Positions 23,208-32,110 of a DNA stretch of 44,193 nt are shown here, piece after piece. Position 1 is the first letter of the stretch; each line of letters begins with the position of its first letter. Location of the stretch: contig JACQLT010000001.1 in NCBI GenBank assembly GCA_016203945.1, forward strand, positions 72,645 through 116,837. Reading direction: 5' to 3'. The position numbers were made by a program, and so were the translations under genes. The stretch is from Parcubacteria group bacterium. GTDB taxonomy: Bacteria; Patescibacteriota; Minisyncoccia; Minisyncoccales; UBA10102. Below the pieces are notes generated by a model. That model was not told the DNA's origin and did no database searches. It saw only the letters and a program-made list of their open reading frames with translations.

Positions 23208-24482
23208 CTACTGGTATCTCAAACAAGACCGGTAGAGTTTCAGGTGGTCAAGAACCAAGCGCGGGAACAAAAACTTCTCGAAAACGGTTTTTCTTGCGGC
23301 CTCTCCTAACAGCTTCCTTCTTTTCGGGTTGGATAAAAGAAGAACGATTTTTTGAGCAAGCTCTTCCGGGGTTTTAACAACAAAGCCGTTTCTCCCGTTT
23401 TGTATCTGTCTGCGTATGCCGGAAGCTGGGCCGCCAATTACCGGCTGGCGCTTCCACATGGCCTCCGTCACCACCAAGCCGAATCCTTCTTTGGTAGAGT
23501 TCTGCACAACGATGTCGGCTGCGTTTTGCGCCATCATCGTAAACTCCAGAGGATTTTTACCCATGGAGTTAAAGAACAAGAAGATCTCACGGGATTTTGC
23601 AGCCACCGCAGCTATATCTTTGTACACCGCGACGGCGGCCGGGTTGTCTTTTGCCTCGTTAAAACCAACAAGAGCCAAGCGGACTTCCGGGCAGGAGCTT
23701 TGAACTATGCGAAAGGCCTGAATGACCCCCAGCGGATTTTTCCAAACATCAAATCGCGAAACCTGAACAATGAGTGGGCAGTCTGTGGGTATGCCCCCAT
23801 GTTTTTGAAGATACGACCGCGCTTCTTTTTTGGAAACAATGGTTTGTTTTGCCGCCAAAGGATCAATACTTGGGACGAAAATCTTTACCTTGCGCCGGGA
23901 CAGATCGCCGTGTACAAAGTCCGAGCTGCTAAAGACGATTTTGTCATACGAGGCGATGCACGGATGAAGTTTTTTCCAAATCGATTTAGAAACCGCAGAA
24001 GTGTCAATGTGACTAAAATATACTTTGCGCTTGTTGAGATGCGAGTAGCACCCCGCAAAAAGGGGCTGAGGGTCGTTTATCGCCAGCACATCGCAGTCAA
24101 TGGTATCGAGATCCGCAGCAATGCGCTTGTTGATTCGTTCGTACTCGGCCCATTCCCGCCCACTGATTTTTACCGCAGCTCCCTGCAGGGCATTATGAAT
24201 CTTATTGGTGATGGTAAAGAAATTCCCATCAATGTTCGGGTTAATGGCGTACCAATCGCTTTCTATGCCCAAAGATCGCAAATACGGAATCAAGCTCTTC
24301 AAAATTTCGGCCACTCCGCCGCCAGCGGCAGTCGCGTTTATATGCACCACTCTCTTGCCTTGCAGGTAAGAAGCTTGGCTCAGTAACTCCTTTTTCCTTC
24401 TTGCGGAAAGAAGTTTCAGAAAGTCCGCCGGTTTAACCGATTCTCGAAGGATGACTTTTTTAAGAGAAGTTTGTGATGGCAT
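23208..24482 (-). CDS. GT4-family glycosyltransferase, trehalose synthase (TreT)-like
   Basis: VVHINATAAGGGVAEILKSLIPYLRSLGIESDWYAI...ITNKIHNALQG resembles the TreT N-terminus. C-terminal GT-B motif EGFGLVVTEAMWK. Trimmed to MPSQTSL (ATG 24482), just after the ROK gene stop. Confidence 0.7.
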   Translation of the reverse strand: MPSQTSLKKVILRESVKPADFLKLLSARRKKELLSQASYLQGKRVVHINATAAGGGVAEILKSLIPYLRSLGIESDWYAINPNIDGNFFTITNKIHNALQGAAVKISGREWAEYERINKRIAADLDTIDCDVLAINDPQPLFAGCYSHLNKRKVYFSHIDTSAVSKSIWKKLHPCIASYDKIVFSSSDFVHGDLSRRKVKIFVPSIDPLAAKQTIVSKKEARSYLQKHGGIPTDCPLIVQVSRFDVWKNPLGVIQAFRIVQSSCPEVRLALVGFNEAKDNPAAVAVYKDIAAVAAKSREIFLFFNSMGKNPLEFTMMAQNAADIVVQNSTKEGFGLVVTEAMWKRQPVIGGPASGIRRQIQNGRNGFVVKTPEELAQKIVLLLSNPKRRKLLGEAARKTVFEKFLFPRLVLDHLKLYRSCLRYQ

Positions 24483-24483
24483 A

Positions 24484-25170
24484 TTACAAAAGCTTCGCCG
24501 CGCCGACGGCAACGGCATTTTTCCCAAATCTTGCTTTTTGAAGCGGGAGTCCCGACGCCTTTTTGAGCGCCGCAAAAAAGCCTTTGCGCGCCGACACTCC
24601 GCCGCCGACGACTAGTACTTGCGGTTGATACGGTTTTACTAATTTCGATAATTTTTTGCTGAGATACTCCGCCAGCCTTCTAGTATTTTTAGAATCGCGG
24701 AGTTTTTGATATTCCGGCTCCCAGCGTTCCGGGTGTTCAAATTTTTTGATCCTAATGATTTTGCCGTTTCTGCCAACTGCTCTGCCAACGCCCGTGCCTA
24801 GCGTGATGAAAAATGCCTTCTTCTTGACAGTCGCACTCCCCTTAGTATATTCCGCGCGGGCAAAACAACGAGCATCGTTATCCAGGGGGCCGTGAAACGA
24901 AATCTTCTTCATGTTGGAAAAATCAAAATTTTTGATGTAAGGAATATTCCTGCTGCTCATCAATATACTTCTCCTTACTACGCCGGCTGCTCCAATCGAA
25001 ACTTTGCTTGCCCCGCCCAAAGATTTCACCAATTTGATTAATGCTGATGTAAAATCGGCTAAATTTTTTGGCGTCGCCACTTCCCGCGCCCTCAAAACTT
25101 TCTTTCCATTCCATAAAACTCCGCGCATTTTTGTTCCGCCGATATCAACTCCGATTATTCTTTTACTCAT
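24484..25170 (-). CDS. Short ROK-family / ASKHA-fold sugar kinase-like protein
   Basis: IIGVDIGGTKMRGVL phosphate-1 motif, ITLGTGVGRAV and VVGGGVS. Confidence 0.7.
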   Translation of the reverse strand: MSKRIIGVDIGGTKMRGVLWNGKKVLRAREVATPKNLADFTSALIKLVKSLGGASKVSIGAAGVVRRSILMSSRNIPYIKNFDFSNMKKISFHGPLDNDARCFARAEYTKGSATVKKKAFFITLGTGVGRAVGRNGKIIRIKKFEHPERWEPEYQKLRDSKNTRRLAEYLSKKLSKLVKPYQPQVLVVGGGVSARKGFFAALKKASGLPLQKARFGKNAVAVGAAKLL

Positions 25171-25970
25171 TATGACGTCGCTTGATGAATAACCCGCTGA
25201 GGGAATGGGATCTCAATGCCCTCCCGGTCAAAAGCGATCTTAAGCCGCATGCGGAGTTCTCCGGCAACGTCCCACTGCTTGATTGGTTTGGTTTCTCCGA
25301 GGATTTTAATGATGATCGCCGAATCCGCAAAATCATCGACTCGCAGAAATTGAGGCGGCTTTGTTATTGATTCTTTCCATTGCGGATCTTGGGCAAGTTC
25401 TTTCCCAACTTGATTTACCACGGCGATCACTTTTTCCAAATCCGAGCTGTAAGCAACCCCTATATTAAGATTGATTCTGGCATAGTACTTTGAAAGGTTA
25501 GAAACCTTTTTAATCTCGCCGTGGGGAACATGGTGCACCGTGCCGTCCAAATCCCGCAGCGAGGTCATGCGCAAGCTGATGTCTTCTACCAGGCCGCACG
25601 TGGAGTCAAAACATACTACGTCTCCAACCCGATACTGGTTTTCCAGAATAATAAAAAGACCAGAGATGATGTCGCGAATCAAATACTGTCCTCCAAAGCC
25701 AAACGCCAGACCCGCAATGCCAGCAGCCGCCAGCAGAGGTCTAATGGCAATCCCCAGTTCTTGCAGCACCATAAGGGTCGCCATCACAAGAATAAGGATG
25801 CGTAATGACCCGCCGAGAATCTGAATCAGCGTATCTTCTCTCTTCTTTTCTGCTTCTCTTGAAAGGAAATGATCAGGAGCAACGAGTTTCCGTACAAAAC
25901 GCTCAACAAACGCCCCGCTGAACTTTTGCAGCACGAACGCAATAAGCACGATGCCCAAGATCTTCAACAT
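25170..25970 (-). CDS. Small-conductance mechanosensitive channel (MscS family)
   Basis: Three TM helices, then the FIILENQYRVGDVV...GLVEDISLRMTSLRDLDGTVHHVPHGEI beta-domain signature. Confidence 0.88.
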   Translation of the reverse strand: MLKILGIVLIAFVLQKFSGAFVERFVRKLVAPDHFLSREAEKKREDTLIQILGGSLRILILVMATLMVLQELGIAIRPLLAAAGIAGLAFGFGGQYLIRDIISGLFIILENQYRVGDVVCFDSTCGLVEDISLRMTSLRDLDGTVHHVPHGEIKKVSNLSKYYARINLNIGVAYSSDLEKVIAVVNQVGKELAQDPQWKESITKPPQFLRVDDFADSAIIIKILGETKPIKQWDVAGELRMRLKIAFDREGIEIPFPQRVIHQATS

Positions 25971-25976
25971 ACACGC

Positions 25977-26004
25977 ATTCTAACAAGAGGGCCCTTTCAG
26001 TCAA
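25977..26004 (-). promoter_or_regulatory. Promoter TTGACT-16-TAGAAT placed 6 nt before the mscS ATG (predicts a leaderless or near-leaderless mRNA)
   Basis: Gene strand ggggTTGACTgaaagggccctcttgtTAGAATgcgtgtATG. Confidence 0.55.
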
Positions 26005-26030
26005 CCCCTTATTTTTTATTCACTGACTCG

Positions 26031-26062
26031 TGTGGATAACTAAACCGAGTCTAGTTTTCCAC
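26031..26062. repeat. Imperfect 14-bp-arm inverted repeat GTGGATAACTAAAC-CGA-GTCTAGTTTTCCAC containing a perfect DnaA-box 9-mer (TGTGGATAA)
   Basis: Read directly. One half is related to 43046-43069 (ttgtggaaaactagaccgagtcta). Confidence 0.6.
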
Positions 26063-26067
26063 TCATG

Positions 26068-26670
26068 TTATAGATTGCTTTGTAGAAAGATAACGCCGAT
26101 ACCAGCCAGAAGCGAAACGAAATTCAGCAATGATCTTCTTTTCCAGAAGCTGGCCACGCCGACAAACAGAAACGCCCCGCCCGACAGCGCAAGTGCCTTT
26201 GGGAGCGCCGCCTCAAAATCGGGCAGGAGCCAATAAGTCATTCCAAAACTCGCATAGAGCAGGCCGAACCCAATAAAGATAGTTGCTAGCGAACCCTTCA
26301 TGGTCGAACCGGCTCCTTTCATAAGCGCGAGCGCGGCAAAGAACTCAGGGAGAATATGAAGCGTCATTGCGGCGAGTATGAAAAGGCCGAAAATTTGAGA
26401 AACGCCAAAGGCAAGTCCGGTAACCATTCCTTCCAGAATGGAATGAAACCATAAAGCAGTAGCAGTTAAAAATGGCAACGCTGGCTTCTTCAATTTCTGC
26501 AAAGCGATCTTGCTGATCCACCAACCAAAATATCCTGCAAGCAACCACAAAAGAGCTGCAAATACCCCGATCTGGCGCGCTGCCTCTGGCCATACGTCAA
26601 ACAAAGTGCCGCCGATAAAGATCCCTCCGGCGAGAGAAACAATAAGGTCTGCCTTAGAGATGGGTTTCAC
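26068..26670 (-). CDS. ZIP-family divalent metal transporter (ZupT-like)
   Basis: FHSILEGMVTGLAF and LHILPEFFAALAL motifs in a ~200-aa polytopic protein. Confidence 0.75.
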   Translation of the reverse strand: MKPISKADLIVSLAGGIFIGGTLFDVWPEAARQIGVFAALLWLLAGYFGWWISKIALQKLKKPALPFLTATALWFHSILEGMVTGLAFGVSQIFGLFILAAMTLHILPEFFAALALMKGAGSTMKGSLATIFIGFGLLYASFGMTYWLLPDFEAALPKALALSGGAFLFVGVASFWKRRSLLNFVSLLAGIGVIFLQSNL

Positions 26671-26705
26671 GTTTTTATCCTACCAAAAAACCAGCCTTCG
26701 ATAAA

Positions 26706-26739
26706 CTCAAAAGAAAAGACCGTCTTTCTAGAGACGGTC
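26706..26739 (-). terminator. Rho-independent terminator after folA
   Basis: Gene strand GACCGTCT-CTAGAA-AGACGGTC followed by TTTTCTTTTG. Confidence 0.75.
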
Positions 26740-26743
26740 CAGC

Positions 26744-27238
26744 TCACCTACGCGTTCTTTTGTAGACGCGGAACTCAAACCCCGGATGCTGTTCTGTCCT
26801 GGATATCTCCCATTCGGATTCCTCCCACTTGGGAAAGAAAACGTCTCCTTCGTGGGTTCCGGGAATAAATGAAAGCCACATCTCGTCCGCGCGCGGCATC
26901 ATGAGCGCATAGATGGAGGCTCCTCCCCCAATGAAGATGGTTCTGCCCCAGGAGCGCGCTCTTTCCATTGCAACGTCAACATTATCCAGTATGGCACCGC
27001 CCGGATGCCGAATCTCCTCCACCCCAAGGCTTTTGCTGAGAACGATGATTTTGACGCTTTCAAACCCTTCGGTCTCAAAGTTCTCGTAGGCGTTCTTCCC
27101 CATGATCATGGTGCTGTTCTGAACGGAGCTCTTAAAGTGCTCGTACTCGGCAGGAACGTTCCAGGGCAAACGGTTCTTGTTGCCGATGACCCGGTTCTCA
27201 GCCAAAGCCGCGATGATAATTATTTTCGGCTCACTCAT
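26744..27238 (-). CDS. folA: Dihydrofolate reductase
   Basis: IIIIAALAENRVIGNKNRLPWNVPAEYEHFK and IFIGGGASIY. GGAGAG Shine-Dalgarno before ATG 27238 (track start 27289 trimmed). Confidence 0.9.
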   Translation of the reverse strand: MSEPKIIIIAALAENRVIGNKNRLPWNVPAEYEHFKSSVQNSTMIMGKNAYENFETEGFESVKIIVLSKSLGVEEIRHPGGAILDNVDVAMERARSWGRTIFIGGGASIYALMMPRADEMWLSFIPGTHEGDVFFPKWEESEWEISRTEQHPGFEFRVYKRTRR

Positions 27239-27264
27239 GGTATTCTCTCCTTCCAGACAAGCAT

Positions 27265-27307
27265 ACCAAAAAATGTACCCCGTATACAACTCTGTTGTTA
27301 TACGGGG
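27265..27307 (-). terminator. Rho-independent terminator downstream of the tRNA-Asn / small basic ORF unit
   Basis: Gene strand CCCCGTATA-acaacagagttg-TATACGGGG followed by TACATTTTTTGG. Confidence 0.7.
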
Positions 27308-27352
27308 CCGCCCTGATGGCGATTCTTCTGCTCATCCTCGGCTAAACCAAGG

Positions 27353-27377
27353 TGTGGATAACTTAGCTTAGCTAAGC
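27353..27377. repeat. Intergenic composite motif: perfect DnaA-box 9-mer TGTGGATAA followed by the palindrome GCTTAGCTAAGC
   Basis: Read directly. It is homologous in reverse orientation to 40979-41017. Confidence 0.6.
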
Positions 27378-27378
27378 T

Positions 27379-27519
27379 TTATCCCAAGAGTGCTTTTCTG
27401 CGGGCAGCCGGCTTCATTGCTTTTATTTCCAGCATTCTTTTCTTTGCTGCAAGTCTCTTTGGACTTTTCTTTGCGTGAGACTTTTTATTGCTGCTTAATG
27501 CGCCTGGTCGTTTTGCCAT
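27379..27519 (-). CDS. Possible 46-aa highly basic protein (Lys/Arg/Ala-rich)
   Basis: MAKRPGALSSNKKSHAKKSPKRLAAKKRMLEIKAMKPAARRKALLG starts 25 nt after tRNA-Asn and precedes a good terminator. The longer track ORF overlaps the tRNA. No family recognised. Confidence 0.35.
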   Translation of the reverse strand: MAKRPGALSSNKKSHAKKSPKRLAAKKRMLEIKAMKPAARRKALLG

Positions 27520-27543
27520 ACTTCTTTTATTGGTTAATAATGC

Positions 27544-27618
27544 TGGCTCCCCGGGCAGGATTCGAACCTGCAACCAAGCGATTAACAGTCGCTTGCTCTA
27601 CCGTTGAGCTACCGGGGA
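27544..27618 (-). tRNA. tRNA-Asn (anticodon GUU), CCA encoded
   Basis: TCCCCGGTAGCTCAACGGTAGAGCAAGCGACTGTTAATCGCTTGGTTGCAGGTTCGAATCCTGCCCGGGGAGCCA. It folds as a cloverleaf with a 7-bp acceptor stem, anticodon loop CUGUUAA, and GGTTCGAATCC in the T-arm. Confidence 0.93.
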
Positions 27619-27657
27619 ATACGTTCCATATATACCACGAGAAACTCCCCTATTCAA

Positions 27658-28047
27658 CTACCGGAAGAAGAACTGAATGGAGACGACGGTAAGAATAGAA
27701 AGCGTGATGATCGTGGTGAGGCGGTGAGGAATGGTGACCCCGGTCCTTCCGACCAGTTCCTGCGTAAAAGAATGGTTGTAGTTCTTTGGGTCCGCTATAT
27801 CCTTGCCCCGCAAGAGCTGCATGAACGTGGTGAGAGCGCATACCATGCGGTATTTCTTGGTCCAGGGCATGAGCAAAGCTCCCCAGATGAACTGATGAAA
27901 CACAATGCCAATAGTAAGCCAGAAGTGGAAAGCAATCTTGTCTCCCCACGGCCACACGGAAGATGGTACAAAAAACAGGCTGTACCAGAAGGCAACGATC
28001 ACGAAGTGCACCCAAAATAAAGTTTCTCCAAGAAAATTCCTCATCAA
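27658..28047 (-). CDS. Membrane protein, DUF2784-like
   Basis: A 129-aa protein with 3-4 TM helices and [12 protein letters not shown] in the position of the family CPLT motif. The assignment is from memory only. Confidence 0.55.
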   Translation of the reverse strand: MMRNFLGETLFWVHFVIVAFWYSLFFVPSSVWPWGDKIAFHFWLTIGIVFHQFIWGALLMPWTKKYRMVCALTTFMQLLRGKDIADPKNYNHSFTQELVGRTGVTIPHRLTTIITLSILTVVSIQFFFR

Positions 28048-29252
28048 TATCCCTTCAGTTTCTTGAGGTTTTCATGCTCTCTGATTTTCTCCAAAGCCTT
28101 GGCCTCGATCTGACGAATGCGCTCTCTGGTCACGCCGAACTCGGCTCCCACTTCTTCTAGGGTATGCGTTACGCCGTCTTCTAAGCCAAAACGCATGGCA
28201 AGAATCTTCTGTTCTCTGGGGCTGAGATCAATGAGGATCTCTTTAAGACGTTCTTTGAGCAGCCGGCGGGCTGCCTCCACTGTCGGAGGAGGAACTTTCT
28301 CGTCTTCAACGAACTCAGCTAAAATGCTGTCTTCATCATCCTCTCCGACCGGGGTCTCTAAAGAAACGGTCTCTTGCGAGATGCGCTCAATATGCCGCAC
28401 CTTTTCAACCTCAAGACCCATTTCAGCCGCCACCTCTTCTGCCAAGGGCTCCCTGCCCAACTGCTGAAGCAGGTTGCGGCGCACTTGAGTATACTTGGAA
28501 ATGGTCTCTATCATGTGCACCGGAATGCGGATGGTTCGCGCCTGATCAGCCAAGGCGCGCGTGATCGCCTGACGAATCCACCAGGTGGCATACGTTGAAA
28601 ACTTGTATCCCCGCCTCCAGTCGAACTTCTCCACGGCACGGAACAGCCCAAGGTTCCCTTCTTGGATGAGATCTAGAAGGGTAAGGTTGGGAGAACGGCC
28701 CACGTACCGTTTTGCAATAGACACCACAAGCCGTAAGTTGGCCCGGGCAAGCTGTTTCTTGGCCTCCAGGTCCCCTTTCTCAATGCGCTTTGCCAGTTCC
28801 TTTTCCTGGTCGGCTGTAACAAAAGAGATGCGCCCGATCTCTTTGAGGTACATCTGCACGGGATCCAGCGGGGCTTCCCGCTCCACCTGCTCTCGCATCT
28901 CCTGCTCTTTTGTCTTGCCGAGGTTTAGATACTCCTTCACCTCCTGCACATTCAGGCCGCTCTGTTCCAGCTTCTGGTAGAGATTGTCCAAACCCGCCAG
29001 ATCTTTATCGGCATCCGGAAACCGATAGATAATCTCTGAATACGTGACAAAGCCCCGCTGCCTTCCCTTTTCAATAAGCTCCTGTACATTTTCCGGGGAG
29101 AACGCGGTCTTCTTACGCCTCTTTGAGGGCTTTACTGAAGGCTTCCGCTTTTTTGTCCTTTTCGCTACGGGCCTCTTTTTCTTGGGCCTCCTCGAGCCAC
29201 CCGCCGATGAGGCGGGTTTCTTGGCAGGCTTCTTTTTCTTTTTTGTGGGCAT
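28044..29252 (-). CDS. rpoD: Primary RNA polymerase sigma factor (sigma-70 / RpoD) with a highly basic N-terminal extension
   Basis: Region 2: [11 protein letters not shown]...[37 protein letters not shown]. Region 3: IRIPVHMIE. Region 4.2: [25 protein letters not shown]-terminus: [48 protein letters not shown]. Confidence 0.95.
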   Translation of the reverse strand: MPTKKKKKPAKKPASSAGGSRRPKKKRPVAKRTKKRKPSVKPSKRRKKTAFSPENVQELIEKGRQRGFVTYSEIIYRFPDADKDLAGLDNLYQKLEQSGLNVQEVKEYLNLGKTKEQEMREQVEREAPLDPVQMYLKEIGRISFVTADQEKELAKRIEKGDLEAKKQLARANLRLVVSIAKRYVGRSPNLTLLDLIQEGNLGLFRAVEKFDWRRGYKFSTYATWWIRQAITRALADQARTIRIPVHMIETISKYTQVRRNLLQQLGREPLAEEVAAEMGLEVEKVRHIERISQETVSLETPVGEDDEDSILAEFVEDEKVPPPTVEAARRLLKERLKEILIDLSPREQKILAMRFGLEDGVTHTLEEVGAEFGVTRERIRQIEAKALEKIREHENLKKLKGY

Positions 29253-29253
29253 G

Positions 29254-31026
29254 TTATGAAAGCTGACGACTCAATTCATTAAATTCATTCAGCAGCGACT
29301 CCAGCAGTTTTGTGTCGTGTTCTGCTTCCGCCTGCCGTATCGCCTGTGAAAGAACGTCCAAGCGAGAGCGCACAAACAGGAGCTCAAGCTCCAGAAGGCA
29401 GGAGCGGAATTCGCGATCCATGTCTTGCGCCCCGCCTGCTGGCGACTCGTACACCTCTCCCTTGAGGGCGACATACTGAAGAAACTCCAGCGTGCTCTGT
29501 TCAAAGATACCCTCAAGTTGCCGAAACTCAAGAGAAGGAACTTTCCGCAGGCCCTCCATAATCTCTTGCATGCGCAAAGAGAGAAATGCCATGTGGTCAT
29601 CTGTGATGAGCTCCAGGCAGAGGGGCTGAAGAAACATAAGGGCAAGCGTGCGCTCTTCTAAAAGATCGCGCCTGGTCTTTGGGACGGGGACCGACAAGGG
29701 CTCCTCCCTGCCTCTTTGATACTCCTGTTTTGGAGCCGTAAACGCCTTGAGCTCTTCTGTAACGCTCTGCTCTGGCACGTTCAGCTCTGTTGCGAGCTTC
29801 CTTGCCCAGTGCGCCTGCTCTATCTTGTTGGCAATTTTTTTAATGACCGGAATAAGCTCGTTTCCGATTGCCCGCTTTCCTTCGGCGGTCTTTGCGTCAA
29901 ATCTGGAAAGTGTCGTGGCAAAGAAAAAGTCCAGAATGGAGGTGGCTCCCGCAACCAGCGCTTTCCATTGCTCTGCATCTTTGGCGACGTCAGCGGGATC
30001 CTTGCCCTGGGGCATGACCACCACGCGCAGGGAAAACCCCTGGCTGAGCGCAAGATCAATGCCGCGTTTGGTTGCGGCGTCCCCCGCAGAATCCATGTCA
30101 AAGGAAAGCGTCAGGTTGTTGGAATATCGTTTGAGCGTGTTCAAGTGCTGCTGCGTTAACGCAGTGCCAGACACCGCAACCACGTTCAGGAATCCTGCCT
30201 GCGACACCATGATGGCATCCATATACCCTTCAACAAGCAAACAAGAGTCCTGCCTTCGGCACTCCACCTTTGCCTTGTCCAGCCCGTAGAGCACCCTGCT
30301 CTTGTCATACAAAAGGGTATTTGGCGTGTTGATGTATTTCGCTAATCCGCCAGCTGGCGGACCACCTTCTTTCTCTCCGAAGATCCTTCCGCCAAAGCCA
30401 ATGACTACCCCATTCTGGTCGCACACGGGAAACATGATGCGGGACCTGAACCTGTCGTACACGCCTCCTTCAGATCGCACCGTGAGCCCGGAACGTTCCA
30501 CTTCTCCTTGGCTGTGCCCGCGGGTCTTAAGAAATTCAATGAGGGCTGTGCCTTTGCCGGGCGCCCATCCGAGCCGCCACTTCGCGATGCTTTCGTCTGA
30601 AACGCCGCGATCTCGCAGATATGTCAACGCCTCCTGCCCTTTGGGAGAAGAAGCCATCTGCTTCTCAAAAAACAGGCTAGCAAGCTCCAAAAGGTCTTGC
30701 ATGCGCTTGCGTTCTGACTTCTCTTTGGCCAGGCGCGGGGAGTACGCGGGAAGGTCCACGCCTGCCCGCTGCGCCAGAAGGCGCAACGCGTCTCCGAACT
30801 CAATGCCCTCTATCTCCTGCACGAACTTGAAGGCATCCCCTCCCCTAGAACATCCGAAGCAATGCCAGGTCTGGCGCGCCGGGGAAACAAAAAACGAAGG
30901 AGATTTCTCCGCATGAAAAGGACACAGGCCGCGCAAGTTTGCTCCGGCTCTCTGGAGCTTGAGGTAGGAACTCACGACCTCAGCAATATCCAGACGATTT
31001 TTGACTTCCTGGACCGCGCTATCCAT
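29254..31026 (-). CDS. dnaG: DNA primase
   Basis: Zn ribbon [15 protein letters not shown]...[11 protein letters not shown], and the TOPRIM motif LVEGYMD. Lies directly upstream of rpoD, the classical arrangement. Confidence 0.93.
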   Translation of the reverse strand: MDSAVQEVKNRLDIAEVVSSYLKLQRAGANLRGLCPFHAEKSPSFFVSPARQTWHCFGCSRGGDAFKFVQEIEGIEFGDALRLLAQRAGVDLPAYSPRLAKEKSERKRMQDLLELASLFFEKQMASSPKGQEALTYLRDRGVSDESIAKWRLGWAPGKGTALIEFLKTRGHSQGEVERSGLTVRSEGGVYDRFRSRIMFPVCDQNGVVIGFGGRIFGEKEGGPPAGGLAKYINTPNTLLYDKSRVLYGLDKAKVECRRQDSCLLVEGYMDAIMVSQAGFLNVVAVSGTALTQQHLNTLKRYSNNLTLSFDMDSAGDAATKRGIDLALSQGFSLRVVVMPQGKDPADVAKDAEQWKALVAGATSILDFFFATTLSRFDAKTAEGKRAIGNELIPVIKKIANKIEQAHWARKLATELNVPEQSVTEELKAFTAPKQEYQRGREEPLSVPVPKTRRDLLEERTLALMFLQPLCLELITDDHMAFLSLRMQEIMEGLRKVPSLEFRQLEGIFEQSTLEFLQYVALKGEVYESPAGGAQDMDREFRSCLLELELLFVRSRLDVLSQAIRQAEAEHDTKLLESLLNEFNELSRQLS

Positions 31027-31124
31027 CCCGTACGAAATTTAATTTGTTATATTCTTCCATATTTCCCGACAGAAATACCCGTATTCCTGGGTATTTCGTA
31101 CGGGATCCATGTTCCCACTCTACC

Positions 31125-31490
31125 CTACCTGCCCTTCCTGGCAAGCAGAGCCAAAGCGAGGGCGGCAAAAAAAAGACCGACGTCGCGGAACACAATATCC
31201 ATGGCTCCCAGGTTGAACCATATAATGCCGAGCAGAAACGCCGAGGCGGCAAGAGAAGCGAATACGAGCTGTTTTCCCCACAGCAGTAATGCGGCAAGCC
31301 CCACCTGAACTACGGAAAACGCCATGAGGAGCTCTTGCGGCTTCACCTGGAAGGGAATAAGGGAAATAATGACAGACGGCAAAAACCCGATCCAGTTCAA
31401 GGGATTCTGGAACGCCGACCAGGCCGCGTACAGCAGCGTGAATGCCAGGCCCAGCCGCAAAAACACCTGCGGCAGATTGCGAAGCCCCAT
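31125..31490 (-). CDS. Hypothetical 4-TM membrane protein
   Basis: A 121-aa hydrophobic ORF. The start context tctaacgggATG is shared with lemA. Confidence 0.6.
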   Translation of the reverse strand: MGLRNLPQVFLRLGLAFTLLYAAWSAFQNPLNWIGFLPSVIISLIPFQVKPQELLMAFSVVQVGLAALLLWGKQLVFASLAASAFLLGIIWFNLGAMDIVFRDVGLFFAALALALLARKGR

Positions 31491-31603
31491 CCCGTTAGAG
31501 ATAGGACGCGGGACGAAAAAATCTCGCGTTCCTTATTATTATATGGTTCGATTCTATAGTGAACGTCATATATTCTATGGTGCGTCCGCGATCTCTAACG
31601 GGA
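31491..31603. other. 113-nt intergenic element closed by a perfect 12-bp long-range inverted repeat (CCCGTTAGAGAT ... ATCTCTAACGGG) with a further GGACGC/GCGTCC pairing
   Basis: Read directly. One arm abuts the ATG at 31490. A TATAAT lies in the loop region on the gene strand. Confidence 0.5.
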
Positions 31604-32059
31604 TTACTCTACGTTAACCGTTCCGAACTCGGTCGGAAAAAGATGATTGTGAAACTTCCAGGATCCTTGCTGCAGGAACTCGAATGACCAGGAACTGCCC
31701 GGGGCTACTAGCGCGCAAGCATCAAAGATGTTTGGCTGCTCTGCGGTATTGCACTTCTGAATGCTAGATCCCGGATACACGGTGTGCGTAGGATGCAGGG
31801 CGGAAGCCGGCCACATATCTTTTGCGCTCTCGTTTTTCCATACGACCGCATCCCCTTTCTTGATGTTCACTATCGCAGGAGAAAATCCCTGGTCCGTGTA
31901 CTTGATCTGCACCTCAGAACCAACCTCCTGTTGAGGAAGGTTTGTGTCCTGAGAAGCCGGGACTGGGACCGGAACCTGCCCATTACTCAACAGTTTCCAT
32001 CCTCCCACAAGGACAAGGATGAAAAGAACCGCTATGACGATGACTTTCGTGTTCTTCAT
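31604..32059 (-). CDS. Membrane-anchored cupredoxin-fold protein
   Basis: N-terminal TM segment, then IKYTDQGFSPAIVNIKKGDAVVWKNES...HPTH...SWSFEF...KFHNH, typical of EfeO/plastocyanin-like cupredoxin domains. Confidence 0.65.
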   Translation of the reverse strand: MKNTKVIVIAVLFILVLVGGWKLLSNGQVPVPVPASQDTNLPQQEVGSEVQIKYTDQGFSPAIVNIKKGDAVVWKNESAKDMWPASALHPTHTVYPGSSIQKCNTAEQPNIFDACALVAPGSSWSFEFLQQGSWKFHNHLFPTEFGTVNVE

Positions 32060-32110
32060 ATGATGATGGAGTATGGTTAATGATTTATATCATTAAGTAT
32101 ATCAAGGATC

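Noticed and set aside
23352-24386. Large antisense ORFs, for example 344 aa opposite the glycosyltransferase, 259 aa at 17474..18253 opposite typA, 179 aa at 187..726, and 193 aa at 21021..21602
   Set aside because: Each lies opposite a gene with clear family signatures. Their translations are low-complexity (Arg/Ser/Ala/Pro-rich) with no recognisable motifs, which is typical of shadow ORFs in ~50% G+C DNA.
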